From Blastocystis sp. subtype 4 (lineage: Eukaryota): a stretch of 46,975 nucleotides of DNA. The stretch spans positions 1 to 46,975 of the forward strand of contig NW_014569401.1 of assembly GCF_000743755.1 (NCBI RefSeq), written 5' to 3'. Positions 12,542-25,477 of the stretch are shown here, piece after piece. How positions within the stretch are numbered: the first letter of the stretch is position 1; every line of letters starts with the position of its first letter. The notes beneath the pieces are model-generated. The model saw only the letters and a list, made by a program, of their open reading frames with translations. It made no database searches and had not been told where the DNA came from. A program made the translations under genes and the position numbers.

Positions 12542-13929
12542 ATACTTTCTGATACTCCATTTTGCTTTCCAGCTTCTTTCCATCCATGAGTTTTCGGGCT
12601 GCTTTTATAAAGTCCTCATTCTCCACATAGTTGCGTTCCTCACGAATTGCGAACATTGCTGCCTCTGTACATACATTACGCAAATCAGCACCATTAAACC
12701 CATCAGTTAGTTTACTCAAAGAATCATAGTCTACTTCTCATCCAACCATCTAATCCAGTACCTATCTCTCCCTGTTTCTGCATCTTCTCGCTGTGGATTC
12801 GAAGAATCTCCTTACGAGCAATGGCATTCGGAAGAGGAATTTCGACTTTACGATCTAAACGACCTGGACGTAGCAAGGCAGGATCTAGCGTATCTGGTCG
12901 ATTCGTAGCCATGATTACCTTCACTTGATCTAATTCGTTGAAACCGTCCATTTGATTGAGCATCTCCATCATAGCTCGTTGAATCTCACGATCCGAGCCA
13001 GATCCCTAGCCAGAACCATCATTGATCATACCTACATTTTCACGTCGCTTACTTCCAATTGCATCAATTTCATCAATAAACACAACCGCTGGAGGATGGG
13101 TTCGAGCGTAATCTACACATAAACCAACAAGAATTCGACTACTGAATAACTCACGAACAACACGCGAGGACTCTCCGATATATTTTTCAATTAACGAAGA
13201 GGCCACAGTTTTGATAAAGGTTGCTTTCATCGTTGAGGCGAGTGCCTTGGCTAGAAGTGTCTTTCCAGTACCGGGAGGACCATACAGAAGAACTCCCTTT
13301 GGAGCCTTAATGCCCACACGGACAAAGAACTCGGGTTTTGTTAGAGGTAACTCAATCACCTAGAATAAGAGACTCTACAAACTTATACTTCTCGGATTTC
13401 TCGAATTTGATCATTTAATCCACCGATATCACTCCACTTTATTGTTTCATTCTGTTCTTCCATCATTGTTGCCACAGATGGGTCTACACGAGGTGGAAGA
13501 GGCCTTATAATCATCTTTGTAGTAGTATCTAGAGCTACACGCGTTCCTTGTTCCAATTTGTGCACATCCACCTAAGAATGAGACCCATAGGATAAAATAA
13601 ATCCTACAGACTTCTTAACATTCACGACATATCGACTTCCTAAAGACGACTTGACAAGCACTTCTTCGTCATTTAGAACGCAAACAACGTCTCCAACAGA
13701 ATATCCAACGCTCTTGAAATGTATCCGATTCAATAAAGCATACCTGGAAGGCAGCCGTCTTTCTCTTGACACTGGCATAACGTTCTTCGACATCCTTTCC
13801 TGTTTCTCGTAGTTCCTCGAATCTATTCTATAAAAGTTATATCCTCAGTACCAACTCTCTTTCTCTGTCAACAAGTCTTCTGTGTTCATCTTTGTATCGC
13901 TGGACCAATCGCTCCTTTTCTGTATCCAT
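12542..13929 (-). CDS. RPT4: 26S proteasome AAA-ATPase Rpt4 (PSMC6); stop predicted from poly(A)
   Basis: [37 protein letters not shown] and C-terminal [12 protein letters not shown] typical of Rpt4; ~30 nt introns. Confidence 0.9.
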
Positions 13930-14327
13930 GATATATGCGAATTATGCTTTGTTACTGAGTATTTGCGAGAAAAAGAATGGACAAAAAACACGCCTATTTT
14001 TGGTATTCAAATAGGATTACAGGATCCATTTGTGGTTATAACAATTCAAATACGACATGACCGAGAAGACGTAATAATAACTCTAAATCACAATTCACGT
14101 TACCATTGTTTCAATATTTGTATTCTATTCATAGCAATGGCACCATGGCGACAATGCAATGGCTCCTTGTTCCCAGGTATTCATTTATCAGTTTACATAA
14201 ACAAGTGAAGACAATGATTGACGTTAAATTATCAAGAGAAATGAGATGGTTTTAACCATTTTTACACGACGATTGCATTGAAACTCCACTCGGTTATCAA
14301 CTATACTCTTTATTATTTTGTTAAATA

Positions 14328-15053
14328 ATGTTTGCTAGATTTCTTGGCAAGAAGAAACAAAACCCGGATTCGGGTGAAACATTAGAAGATCGCAAACTCC
14401 GGAAAATGGTGCAGACAGCCGCTACAATTGATGGCAAGATTAGCGTATTTGAACGAAAGTAAATATAGTTGTTTTGGACTCACTCCAGAGCTGAAGCTGT
14501 TGCAGCTAAGAGGGCAAAATACTATGAAGCAGCCAAAAAAGCACGTTCACTTCATCGGGATCTAGAAACAAAGCGATTTTTACGAGGAGTGAAGCAATGT
14601 GATGAGGAGTATCAACGTTATTCTGTGAGTTCAATTGATTCTTATTATTCATAGAATATGAGTGTTAAATTGGGAAAGTTAAAGAGTATGACAGAAGCAT
14701 ATCTGGATCACAGCGATTTCCTTACTTCTGTTGGTGATGTCACAACTCTAGTTAATGAATTTGGACTGTAGATTTCTCTGTCCTTATTAATTGTAGAAAG
14801 CCGGAAGATGCCGAGAATCTTATGGACAAGATGCGAGATATGCAGGAAACCGTGAAAGATATGGATGACGTTGTTGCCGAGGGTATTGAGGAGGATGACG
14901 AGGGTCTGGATGACCTTCTAGCTGATCTAGATAAGGATCTTAGTGAGGATCCAATTAATCAACTCCCTGAAGTTGCCCATCATACTCCTACCTCTGCTGC
15001 TTCGGTTCCAGATGTTGCTGTTTCAGATCTTAATGCTGAATTAGAGAGTTTGT
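14328..15053 (+). CDS. ESCRT-III Snf7/CHMP-family protein; stop predicted from poly(A)
   Basis: Basic N-terminus MFARFLGKKK, coiled coil, acidic EEDDEGLDDLLADLD..LPEV, end LNAELESL. Confidence 0.7.
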
Positions 15054-15057
15054 CGTT

Positions 15058-15065
15058 TGTTTGTT
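15058..15065 (+). terminator. Poly(A)-directing TGTTTGTT element
   Basis: Exact motif, 4 nt after codon-initial T15053. Confidence 0.85.
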
Positions 15066-15149
15066 CTATTCTGCATGTTCAGTAATTGTGTTTCGTCTTT
15101 GATTATTATACTCTCTCTTTTTTATCCTCTCTTTCAAATTATTTTGTAA

Positions 15150-18133
15150 ATGAAGAGAATCGGTTTTGTATTCCTCCTTTTAGCTGTCATGGCTGTGGCT
15201 ATTGACACATCAACGAAGGACGTGCTGAATAAGAAGGTACGAAACACATATCTTGGATGATATTTTAGCTCTCCAATATGCACTATGGAGCTAATCATAG
15301 AAACAACTCTGACATTATCAATGTCTGGATTCATGCTCATACCCATAATGATCCTGGTTGGCTGGTGACGTCAGACCAGTACTATGTGAAGGTATCCACC
15401 CTGTTCTATTATTCTAACGAGTAGCAAGTTCGTTATATTCTCGATACCGTTATTGGTGCTCTTGCTCTCAATCCTGAGAGAAAGTTTACGTACTGATGAT
15501 GGATCCATGTAATGATTAGATATGTGGAACAAGGATTCTTCCAGCGCTGGTGGAAAGAGCAAAACGAAGCTACGAAGGCTCTGGTCCATAAACTTGTGGA
15601 AAATGGCCAATTCGAGTTCAATCTCGGAGGATGGGTCATGTCTGATGAGGCTGCTTCCACCTATGAGGATGTTATCAATGAAATGACTCTCGGAGCGAAG
15701 TTTATCTATGACGAGTTTGGCGTTCGTCCTACAGTTGGTTGGAGTATCGATCCTTTCGGTCATTCCAAGGAGATTGAAGCGCTGTATGCCGATATTGGTA
15801 TGGATGGATTCGGTATTAACCGTGTGCATTACCAGGACAAGGCTGACCGTATCAAGAATCAGAAGCTGGAGTTTGTGTGGCGTGGAAGCAATAGTCAGGG
15901 CCAGAAGAGCGATATGTTTGTTCATATGATGGATAATCACTATTGTTCTCCTTCGGAATGTGACTTCTTAGCAAATAGCAGTGGAGAGTGCATGTACAGA
16001 ACTCGTGATAGTGTTTGGTTCCAGGATGATGAAGAGCTTCCTACGTTCAAGGTGAATGCAGAGGAAAAGGCTCAGGCTTTTGTGAAAATGGTAAAGGAAC
16101 GTGCTACGTATTACGATAATGGAAACAATCTTCTCATTACTTGGGGATGTGATTTCACCTTCTGGAGTGCTCCTATCTCTTATGCTAATATGGATAAGTT
16201 GATGAAGTATGTGAATGAGAATGAAGATCGTTTTGGTGTCCATGTCCAATATGCTGTGTTCAGTGATTATATCAAGGCTGTGAATAAGCACAAGAAACAG
16301 TGGGATGTGTATGAAGGAGACTTCATGCCTTATGCTTCGGATCCTGATGCTTACTGGACTGGTTACTACACTAGCCGTGGTCGTACCAAGGGATTGAATC
16401 GTCACACGATGAATGAGCTGGCTGCTGCTGAACTGTACTTATCTCTTGCCAAGGTCTATGGTTATCCTGTTGAAGAGGCTTTCAATAAGGTTATGAAGCT
16501 GCGCAAGGCTCAGGGAGAGTTCCAGCATCATGATGCTATTACTGGTACTGAGAAGCAGGCTGTGGCAAATGACTACAATGTGCAGATGGAAGATGGTGTT
16601 TTCTTTGCCAACGAAGCTACTTCAACTATTTTGGGAGCCATTCTGGATGTGAATGTGAATCGGAACATCACTTTGAAGTGGAGTGAACTTTCTGCTGGCA
16701 AGAAGCTGGGTGTGATTCTGGTCAATTCCAATGGTTGGACTCTACGAAATGTGATTCGTGCCGTGATTCCTGTTGACGGAGTCGAAGTTACAGATGCCAA
16801 GGGCAATCTGCTTCTTTCGCAGGTCAATGCTATCCCTGACTGGTCTGTGGAGCGTGCTAATGGTACTCATGTGGTCTATGTGGAGGTGGAAGTTCCTGCT
16901 CTTGGTTTTACAACCATCTACTTCACTCCCTCTACATCTTTCAGCAACATGGGCCATGTGACTGCTGGTGATAGTATTGAGAATGATGTCTACCGTCTGT
17001 CATTCGAGAACGGTTTGTTGGCTGCTGTGGAGTTGAAGGAGGAACAGCGTGTTATTCCTTTCACTGATAAGTTGTATCAGTATGAGGGACGATATGGTGG
17101 TGGTCGTAACTCCGGCGCTTATTCTTTCATTCCTGCTCGCAATGAACCTGATACCATCAGCGATAAGGTTGAACTGACGATTGTGAAGGGACCTCTGATG
17201 GAGGAGGCTCAGATTGTGTACCGCTCTGGTTATCAGCAGATTATTCGTCTCTACAAGGTGTCGAGTGAAATGGGTCGTGTGATGGAGTATGTCTATGATA
17301 TGGGTCCTACAGATGATGGTCGTGAGATTATTGCTCGTTATGATTCGGAGCTGTTGAAGAGTGATCGTGTGATGTTCACTGACGGAAATGGTCTGGAGGA
17401 TATTAAGCGTGTGTATCGTGAGGATAGTGTCATGCCTGTATCTGCGAATTATTATCCTATCAGCAATCGTGCTTGGATGCAATCTAAGGATGAATCTCTT
17501 CGTCTCAGTCTTGTTGTCGATCGTGGTCATGGTGTGGCTTCTGTGATCGATGGCGTTTTCGAGGTCATGCTTCGTCGTCGTAGTCGTGGTGATGATGGCT
17601 TTGGTGTGGATGAGCCTCTGACTGAGAATGATCACTATCAACAGACCCTGTGGTTGATGTTGGGTGCTCCGAAGACTTCTGTGGCTCTCCACAAGCGTCT
17701 GGACTTCCATCTTAACCATGCTCCTGTTCCTTTCTTCTTCGTGACTGAGAAGCCCTTGGCTCATGCTTCTCACAGCATTCTGAAGAAGGAAATGCCTGCC
17801 AATGTCCAGCTTCTCAACTTCCAGTTGAATGGTGTGAATGATAAGGACTTCTTGCTTCGTTTCCACCACATCTACACAAAGGGCGAGGAGACAGAATTGG
17901 CACAGGAGGTTGTCTTTGATGTGAATGAGTATTTGGGTGATTTCCAGGTGAAGAGCATGAAGGAGTACGTGCTTACTGGTATGTTCCCGAGAGAACAGGT
18001 TGAGAAGGAAAGATTGCAGTGGGAGATTAAGTCAGACAAGAAGCAGGATGTGATTCGCCGCTCGATGAATGGAGAGACTGTTGTAACTCTGACTCCAATG
18101 GAATTCAAGACATACAGAGTTGAACTCAACTAA
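15150..18133 (+). CDS. Secreted/lysosomal alpha-mannosidase, GH38
   Basis: Signal peptide MKRIGFVFLLLAVMAVA; HTHNDPGW, GWSIDPFGHS, YWTGYYTSR, QHHDAITGT; three short 5' introns then one long exon. Confidence 0.95.
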
Positions 18134-18175
18134 GTGTCTGCAGTTGTTTGTTTGTTCTGAAAGTGGATCTATTTC

Positions 18176-19416
18176 ATGAATGAAGCTGATGCAGACTCCA
18201 AAGTGCATGACTTGGCGGAAGCTCTTAGTGCTTTGGGAAAAGAGCTGCTCTGTCCTATTTGGTATGATATAGGAATTGAATTTGATCTAGTTTGTGTCTG
18301 TTGGAAGATCCTGTTCGTTTGTCTTGTAATCATTCTTTTTGCAAGTAGGGAACTGGAAGTCTTTATTAGAGATAGAAACTGTTTAGAAATTTATCTCTTT
18401 AAGAAGGCAATATGTCCTATCTGCAAGAAGCGCCAAACTAAACGAGTTTTTGCTGTTTCAGAAAGTCTTGTAACGATTATTACAAATTATCGTACACTTG
18501 CTTCTCCTAGTGCTCTTTCTGTATGTACTTGAAATTTGGGTAATCGCTAGCTTAGTCAACCTTTATCACCAGAGAAACAATATCATTCTATTTTAGGTTA
18601 GATCAAAGAGAGTGGTTTATTCTAGGTGTTACCGACTTAGGTGAGTCTCCGACAAAGGAGAAAATCTCTGAAATTCATCATTCGATTGAAACTACTCGTC
18701 TGGAACTGCTGAAGAAGGAGCGAGGATCTTATGTGTGGTTGGTAACTGGATTGTCGGCTTCAGAGCGTCGTATTATTAATCACGTATGCACTCACTCTTC
18801 TGTTCGTGTTGTTCATGAATATTGTGAAGAAGGTGAGAGCTCCTCTTACCACTTATTCTTAGTAACGCATTGTATTACATCCTCTAAAGAGGCGAGAGGT
18901 TCGTTGATTACGAAACGTACCTTGAATTATCTCGTCGCCATTTTAGAACATATTCCTATTGTTTCCATTAAGTGGGTGAAGAAAATTTCTCGAATGATTG
19001 ATTCGATGATGAATGAATTACGACCAGATTCCATGACCATTATGGTGAAACAGGAGCAATTCCCTCCCATTGATATGTACTGGATTCGTGGTGATGAGCA
19101 ATGCCAGAAATGCATATTAGGAAGTCCTCAACGCTCGCTGCAGAATCGTTGTGGTTTGTTTGAGGGGATGTCCTTTCTGATAGTCGGGAGGTTCACTCCT
19201 CCTGCACCTTCTCGTGAATCCATTATGGATTTGATCAAACATGGTGGAGGTACTGTCTTGCAGGAACTAGATAGTAATCAGTCTCAAGCAATTATGATTG
19301 GAGATGGGACTGTTGCAGAATCGTTTAATAGCAATTTGTATGTGTCCTATTTTTGGCTTTTGGATTGTATCAGTAATTACCGAATTGAAGACGGTTACAA
19401 CTATCTTTTGCACTAA
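18176..19416 (+). CDS. Miniature BRCA1/BARD1-like protein (RING plus tandem BRCT)
   Basis: Spliced RING CPIC..CNHSFC..C..CPIC; BRCT1 VTGLS..VTHCI..KRTLNYL..IVSIKWV; BRCT2 LFEG..GG..WLLDCIS. Confidence 0.75.
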
Positions 19417-19443
19417 ATATGTTTATACAGCAAACAAAATAAT

Positions 19444-20646
19444 CTAAAGAGATTGATAAGCGGCTTTTCCTCTATCAGTATCGCGATGTTTTCTTTCCAC
19501 TCCTGTAGTCTTTGGTGTCTTCTTCATCATTGTACTGGACCAAACACAGACACTTGCATCCTCTCCACACGTCATCACCTTCTGGTTCAACTCAATAAAC
19601 GTTCGGATGACACTCTATTGTTAAATCTCGTATCCATCTATACTTGATGTCCTTTCCATGTACCGATCATCTGATTGGGATGATTGCCATTTATCAAGAA
19701 TCCTGTTCCATCTTGACTTCCACACAACACAGTTGGATCTTGGTTTTCTCGTGTTAAACAACCCACAACATAATCAACTTCCAAACCAGAATTCGAATAC
19801 AGTGGAAAGAAATCAGTTATGAGAAGTTGCCGCATTCCTGTAGTTGTGTTCCACGTCGTCAGTCCACGCGTCATAGAAGCACACCACAACATCTCCATAT
19901 TAGGACCAAACCAGCCCATTGATGCCACACCACTATCTGTTTGGAAGAGGCCTACCAACGCATCATCTTGGTTTCCTCTAGCGATATCGAACATGCAAAT
20001 CTATGTCAGAGGAAATATCTTCTCCTACAAGTCCATCTTCAGATCCAGAGGCAAATACTGTTGGATACACAGGATGTGGAAGCAAGGTATTGATCACATC
20101 GCTATGAATATCACGATAAATTCCAATCTAGACTGAATGACTTCTCACAGGTTTACTCGTTTTCCTGTTTCAACTTCTGTAAAGTACAAATGTTCCTTAT
20201 CTCCACAAACAAGCATCTTTCCATTACATAGAAGGGCTGCTGAATAGATCTCTTTTGCTACTTGGTAATTCTGGATTCGTGTTTGAGCAATATAGTCATA
20301 AACATCAACATAGCCATTTCTATATATAAAAGAAAGTAACAAGCAAAGACTGATAACAAATCACGACGATGGAAGCAGCACATTGGATAAAACGGGTGCA
20401 GAGAATATTTGTGTGACCGGTTTCGATTGAATGAATGACATTGAAGTCGGTCGTAGTAAGGAAGCGAATACTACCGGAAGACAATGTAACAACAACCATA
20501 GACTCATCTCTGTTGACTGAACTACATGAATAAAATGGGAGAAAAAACTACGCATCGACAATGTAGGTGTAGTCAACATCTCCATCTTCATCCTTTTTTG
20601 TCTCAAACGATAGAACTATACGCTTCTGGAGAGTGTACCGTTCCAT
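19444..20646 (-). CDS. WD40-repeat protein, WDR89-like
   Basis: Spliced ...GSEDGL..MFDIARGNQDDAL, GTWKGH, TCGEDASVCVW; TAG at 19444-19446. Confidence 0.7.
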
Positions 20647-20705
20647 TTAGTATTGTCAAGAAGATAGTGAACAAACAAACCGTAGTAAATACATGTAAAA
20701 TGACA

Positions 20706-21354
20706 TCAATCGTGGTTTCGTTTCGAGCCGCGAAACTTCCTCTTTTCAATTCCCTTCATAGCTGAATATCTATGACTCAAGTATTAATCACATTTTCACT
20801 TGTTCAATGTATCCATAATATCGTCTGACCCAACAGTTTTCATAACCTGCTTCCCACTTCTCTTCATTTGCCGATAAGCCTCCCTTTCTTTCATAATGTC
20901 CTAGTGATGACGATTTTCAGTCATTTCATACATCTACTTTGGAATTAAAGCCACCAAAAGAAAAGCGTTTGCATTCTTCCTCTTCAAGAGTATTGATAGC
21001 AGGTCCACTACATGGATGTGTCGAACTATTAGTGAAAAAGAAAACTACACTATAAACATTGTCATATTCTCTGTCGGTGTAACTTTTCGATATGACCACA
21101 TATATGACTTCAACTCCTTTAAGGCAACGATCTCCTCCTTTCTTCGGAGCTTTTCTTCTTTAGAACGGACCATGAACTACACATCACTCCTTTTAACTAT
21201 TTGTAACAGGAAGATTCTTTGTATTCTCTGACAAATTCACCTTGTGATTATTCTGAGCTTGAGCAAGTCGACCCAGTGGGAGATCAGCCGTTACTTCCAT
21301 ATTCTCTTCATCCATCCCATCAGGAAATGCTTCTCCAGGTTTCCAGAAACTCAT
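20706..21354 (-). CDS. MPP6: M-phase phosphoprotein 6 (nuclear exosome cofactor); not in ORF track
   Basis: Hand-spliced: LSENTKNLPFMVR..KEE..W..CKRFSFGGFNSKVD..KRKFRGSKRNHD* matches MPP6 (LSKNLLRMKFMQR; GRMSFRGFNPEVE). Confidence 0.75.
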
Positions 21355-21568
21355 TGGGTGAAATTCAGAGATCTGAAGAATCCAATTTGATTTGAGACAG
21401 CATTATCTCAACCTCCGAGTATAGAATTGTGGGATATCTAACAGATCATGACAATCTAGCAGTTTTATTCCGTTGAAAGACAACTCCAATACAAACAAAC
21501 ACATAGAATGAGTCAAATCTATGTACCTGGTTCAGGGCCTGGAATATACACACAAAAAGCGCACGCAC

Positions 21569-24500
21569 TCAATACAATTCTTTCTCAATCACAGATATAT
21601 TCAATGCTTCCAAAGTTGAATTCTTCCCTCCCTCTAAGGATAACCGAACACGAGAAGTATGCAGTTCTTCTCGATCATCCTTCTCGATACTCTCACGAAC
21701 ATTCTGAATAGTACTCTTGGTGAGCGGTGCTGTTTTCTGTAAAGTGACATCTACATATCAATCCCAATCCCGATTCCCACGGCAATATTGTTCTAGTAAA
21801 TCTCGTACCATACTGCAAATACTATCAGATTCCCGTGTTTTCGCCTTGGACTGGTTGATAAATGAATAGAGAGAATAGGAGAAGAGAAGAGGCCGTTTGA
21901 AGTCTTGCATCCACATTACAGCGATAGTACCTCCCTCTTCCAACTCATTCATGTAATACAAGACACCTTCGAGGAATTGAAGGAAGTGAATCACAAACAC
22001 GGACCAGTCATAGGAACGTTCTTCAGCAGTAAGTTGACGAGACATCGGTTCATTCACTCCTACTTCAGTAGTTGGAAACCGGACTTGTTGATGCGATCGA
22101 CTGAGCAAATGACGCCGAGATCTGTATTGCGAGAATTCCTTGCTTTTCTGCTTCAGATTGATGTAATAGACTCGCTTTTCAGGCTCCGAAGCTCGTTCTA
22201 ATTGCGAGGTAGAGAGATTCACGATCACATTCGATGCAATAATGGAAACTCGCTTGGGTTCAGGAACCGTTGCATCCACATTCAATAGAATGCAACGCAC
22301 ATCAAAGGCATATTGCAGTGTATCAACAAACGAATAACGTACAAATGGTTCCTGAAATGTATGGAGAATGAGATCTAGAAGTTAGAACAAGGATGAAATC
22401 AAACCATGATAGCCATCAAACAGATTTAGAAGAATGGATATAATTGATGATTGGATGGTAACACAGGCTACATTCTTATCACTGAAGATACAGAGGAGAT
22501 CGAGAAGGAAGCGGACGATAGCTTCTTCCACATCTGCTCGACATTGCGAAGCATCTGAAGAATGACCCAATATATACAATCTTACGCTCTTGGAACACTG
22601 TCTCCATGATATGAAGCCATACAGTTACCACTCCAGCATCCTTCTTTAGCCATGTTACCCATCGCAACATCATATCAAGTTCAACAGTCTCGTAGATCAC
22701 TATACATCAAACTACTTAATAATCAAGACATGGATTCTGGAAGAATACATCAATGAATCCAAATCCATAGAAAATGATATTGGTGAAACTAGGAGTAGAA
22801 AGAAGGTCTTGAGCCCTCTCTTCATCTCGTAATTGCTCACATAAAAATGAATCAATGATTGAGAAGAAATGACCATTGACTAGTTTGGCTAAGGCAGTGT
22901 CATCGAGTTGAATGATACTAATCACATAGACAATGACAGAAACAAGATAGTAATTAGAATTCGACATGGCTGTGAAAAGATAGGATTCAATTTGATCCAG
23001 ATTCTGAATAGGATCAGGGAGTTCTAGGTGAGAGGAGAATCAGAGAATTACGGAGACTCGAGAAGAGAGAGAGAATGGTCATTCCTTTTAGAATGAGATC
23101 CTTATTTAGTCCAAATCGATTGATTGTTGAGAATATATCAATAGAGAACGAAGGCAACTGAGAAGGAGATACTAGGAATTAAAGAGAGAACGATAGTCCA
23201 ACCCTCCTTAAAGACAACAATCATTAGATTGTAAAGAGCTAACACAACGTCAATACGTGAGATTGAATCGATATGATATCCAATAACATCCAATGCATGA
23301 ATATCCAAAAAGCAATCAATTCCCGCGGAATCTAAAAATGAGCATGATGATCTATTATAGACTATTATTGAGAATAGTGAGTAAGAGATTGACAATAGAT
23401 AACGTGGATTCTGCATCCATAATCATAGCTCGTTTGAGTACATTGACAATGACAAAGAGACTGTCTACAGTAACAATACTATCTCGAAGTGTATCTATTG
23501 TTCAATTCCTTCTTATTCCATACGATTACTACAGTAGACTTGTAATGACTGCATACTTCGTTGAATGAGGGTTTGGTTCATAGGATCATCATTTAGTGAG
23601 ATAAAAATGGTGTTTGATTTGATACGATACTCATAGATCAAGTCTGACGTGAGAGCTCGGAAGTATGGTGATAACATGGATGTAATCCAATGAGCAATGA
23701 CATCACTCTTCTCAGTAAAAGGAAGAGCCGATTCTAACATCAATGCAACATCACTAGACATATTCTGGAAGTCTACATATAACTACTTCAATTCTCCTTA
23801 CTAGCATTGTATGCTGGAATGACAAGTAATACATATGCTTCTAACAATCGAACATCATTTCCATGCCGTTCCATGTACTTCGTAGCCTTCTCGATAATCA
23901 CATCACGGTCAGCTACACTCATATCCGTTTCTAGTCATCATATCTGTGACATATTCTCACTTTCCATTATGAAAGCATAGAGAAGGAAGAGTGTACGAAT
24001 AATGCCTGGAAACCCCTCATACGTGTCAATCAAAGAAGAGATCTGGTCATGTGAGAAGGAATTGACAATGACTGATAAACATTGAGTATCACGACATTGA
24101 CCACAGAGACATGACAACACTTTACAATAGACGGATTTGGACACATTATCCTTCGTTAACATCAAAAGCTTCTGAACAATTATTAGCTGAGGAGGATACA
24201 GAATGCAGTCGTCTACGATGAATGGATAATCAAGATGATACCTGCATTACTGTACACTTCAAGAGCACTGATACAAATCGAGAGGATTCCAGCAGTAGCC
24301 GGTTGACTTCGATTTGTCGTACCTCCAGCAGAGTTCCGAATAAGAGACATTCGAACACTACCAACGGAGAAAAACTCCAGATACAATCCAATGGGATAGA
24401 GGAGACACTCCAATACATCCGTGCTGATGGGGATATGGAGATTGATAACTACAGGGATGAAGAAAAGCGAAAGCCTACAGCGTAGAACAAGTGCATAGAG

Positions 24501-25400
24501 ACATTCATAGAGACTCTCGACAAAGAGAATGCGTTCATCACGCTGTTGTGTACCTTTAAAGAAATCATTTCCAATTCGTTCACGGACCATTGTGTAGATA
24601 GTATAAATAAGGATGTAGTCCATCTTACTAGGAATGCAGGTATTTGTATTGGAGAGAGATCGGTGAATGATTAGAGCAAGATCGGTTAGATGGATATAAT
24701 CAACACAATTGTTCACAAAAAAATAGGCCAAAGCATGATAGCAGAGCATAAGATCTCCAGATTCATTCACACTAGGATCAGAAAAGTCAATCCACTCTTA
24801 CCATTGAACTGTAGTAGTAATATCAGGATATGATGTTGCTGAAACTGTAGACTACATGTAATTAGTTTGATAGATGCATACAGGTACAAGCAAAACTTGA
24901 AAACAGCTACTTTCGTAATGATAGTTCCGTGGAGATACAGAACTAATCGGAATGATATTATTACAGAGAAGCAACACATTTTCGGGTTTGCATCCAATAC
25001 TAGACTACCAATGAACACCTCAGTACATTCCCACAGCTGCGTAACCTCGAATAACAACAAAAGATTCAAATTCATTCACTCGAGCTCGACGAGTCGTCCC
25101 GTTCTCTAGCAAGAATTTGTAATCAACTTCAGAACCGAACTCGATGATGAGAGAATATTGATCACATCCTGGGTGAATGTTTGCAAGTAACGTATCATTC
25201 ATTAATAAGATCTTGTTGTAGTAGAGTTGGAATGAATGTTGTTTCTTGTTCGTTTGTTCCTAAAAGTCATCTAATTACCTAAGAATGACTTCAACCTTAG
25301 TCTTGACATCCAAGACAGTATCCTTGGGTTCCACAGCAATAGCACAGATCGTCCGCAACTTTGGCGTCACAATCTTTACCGTACATACGCCAGAATCCAT
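21569..25400 (-). CDS. Large intron-rich protein: N-terminal ubiquitin-like domain(s) then ARM/HEAT-like helical repeats
   Basis: First exons give TVKIVT..IAVEPKDTVLDVKTKVEEQT..FQLYYNKILL..DTLL (UBL). The chain of minus-strand ORFs joins by ~30-nt introns; TGA at 21569-21571. Confidence 0.55.
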
Positions 25401-25477
25401 TAAGTAGGTTACTAATCTGTTTTCGATGGTTACAAAAATTGAGACTGTTTTTGGAATTCAGACATCTTTTTGTTCGT

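Noticed and set aside
14120..14190. U1 snRNA-like words on the minus strand (ATACCTGG, CCATTGCA)
   Set aside because: The 5' end is not ACTTACCTG and there is no room for stem-loop I.
15392..15424. GTATCCAC intron as a GT-AG U12 intron
   Set aside because: Lacks the TT of RTATCCTT and a CCTTCAY site; 33 nt fits the major class.
15371..18129. Long minus-strand ORFs opposite the mannosidase (e.g. 17000-17869)
   Set aside because: Antisense shadows of a codon-biased gene; no recognisable motifs.
21506..21568. TPP riboswitch-like CCCTGAACCAGG in a 3'UTR
   Set aside because: Missing CTGAGA and P1/P4 pairing.
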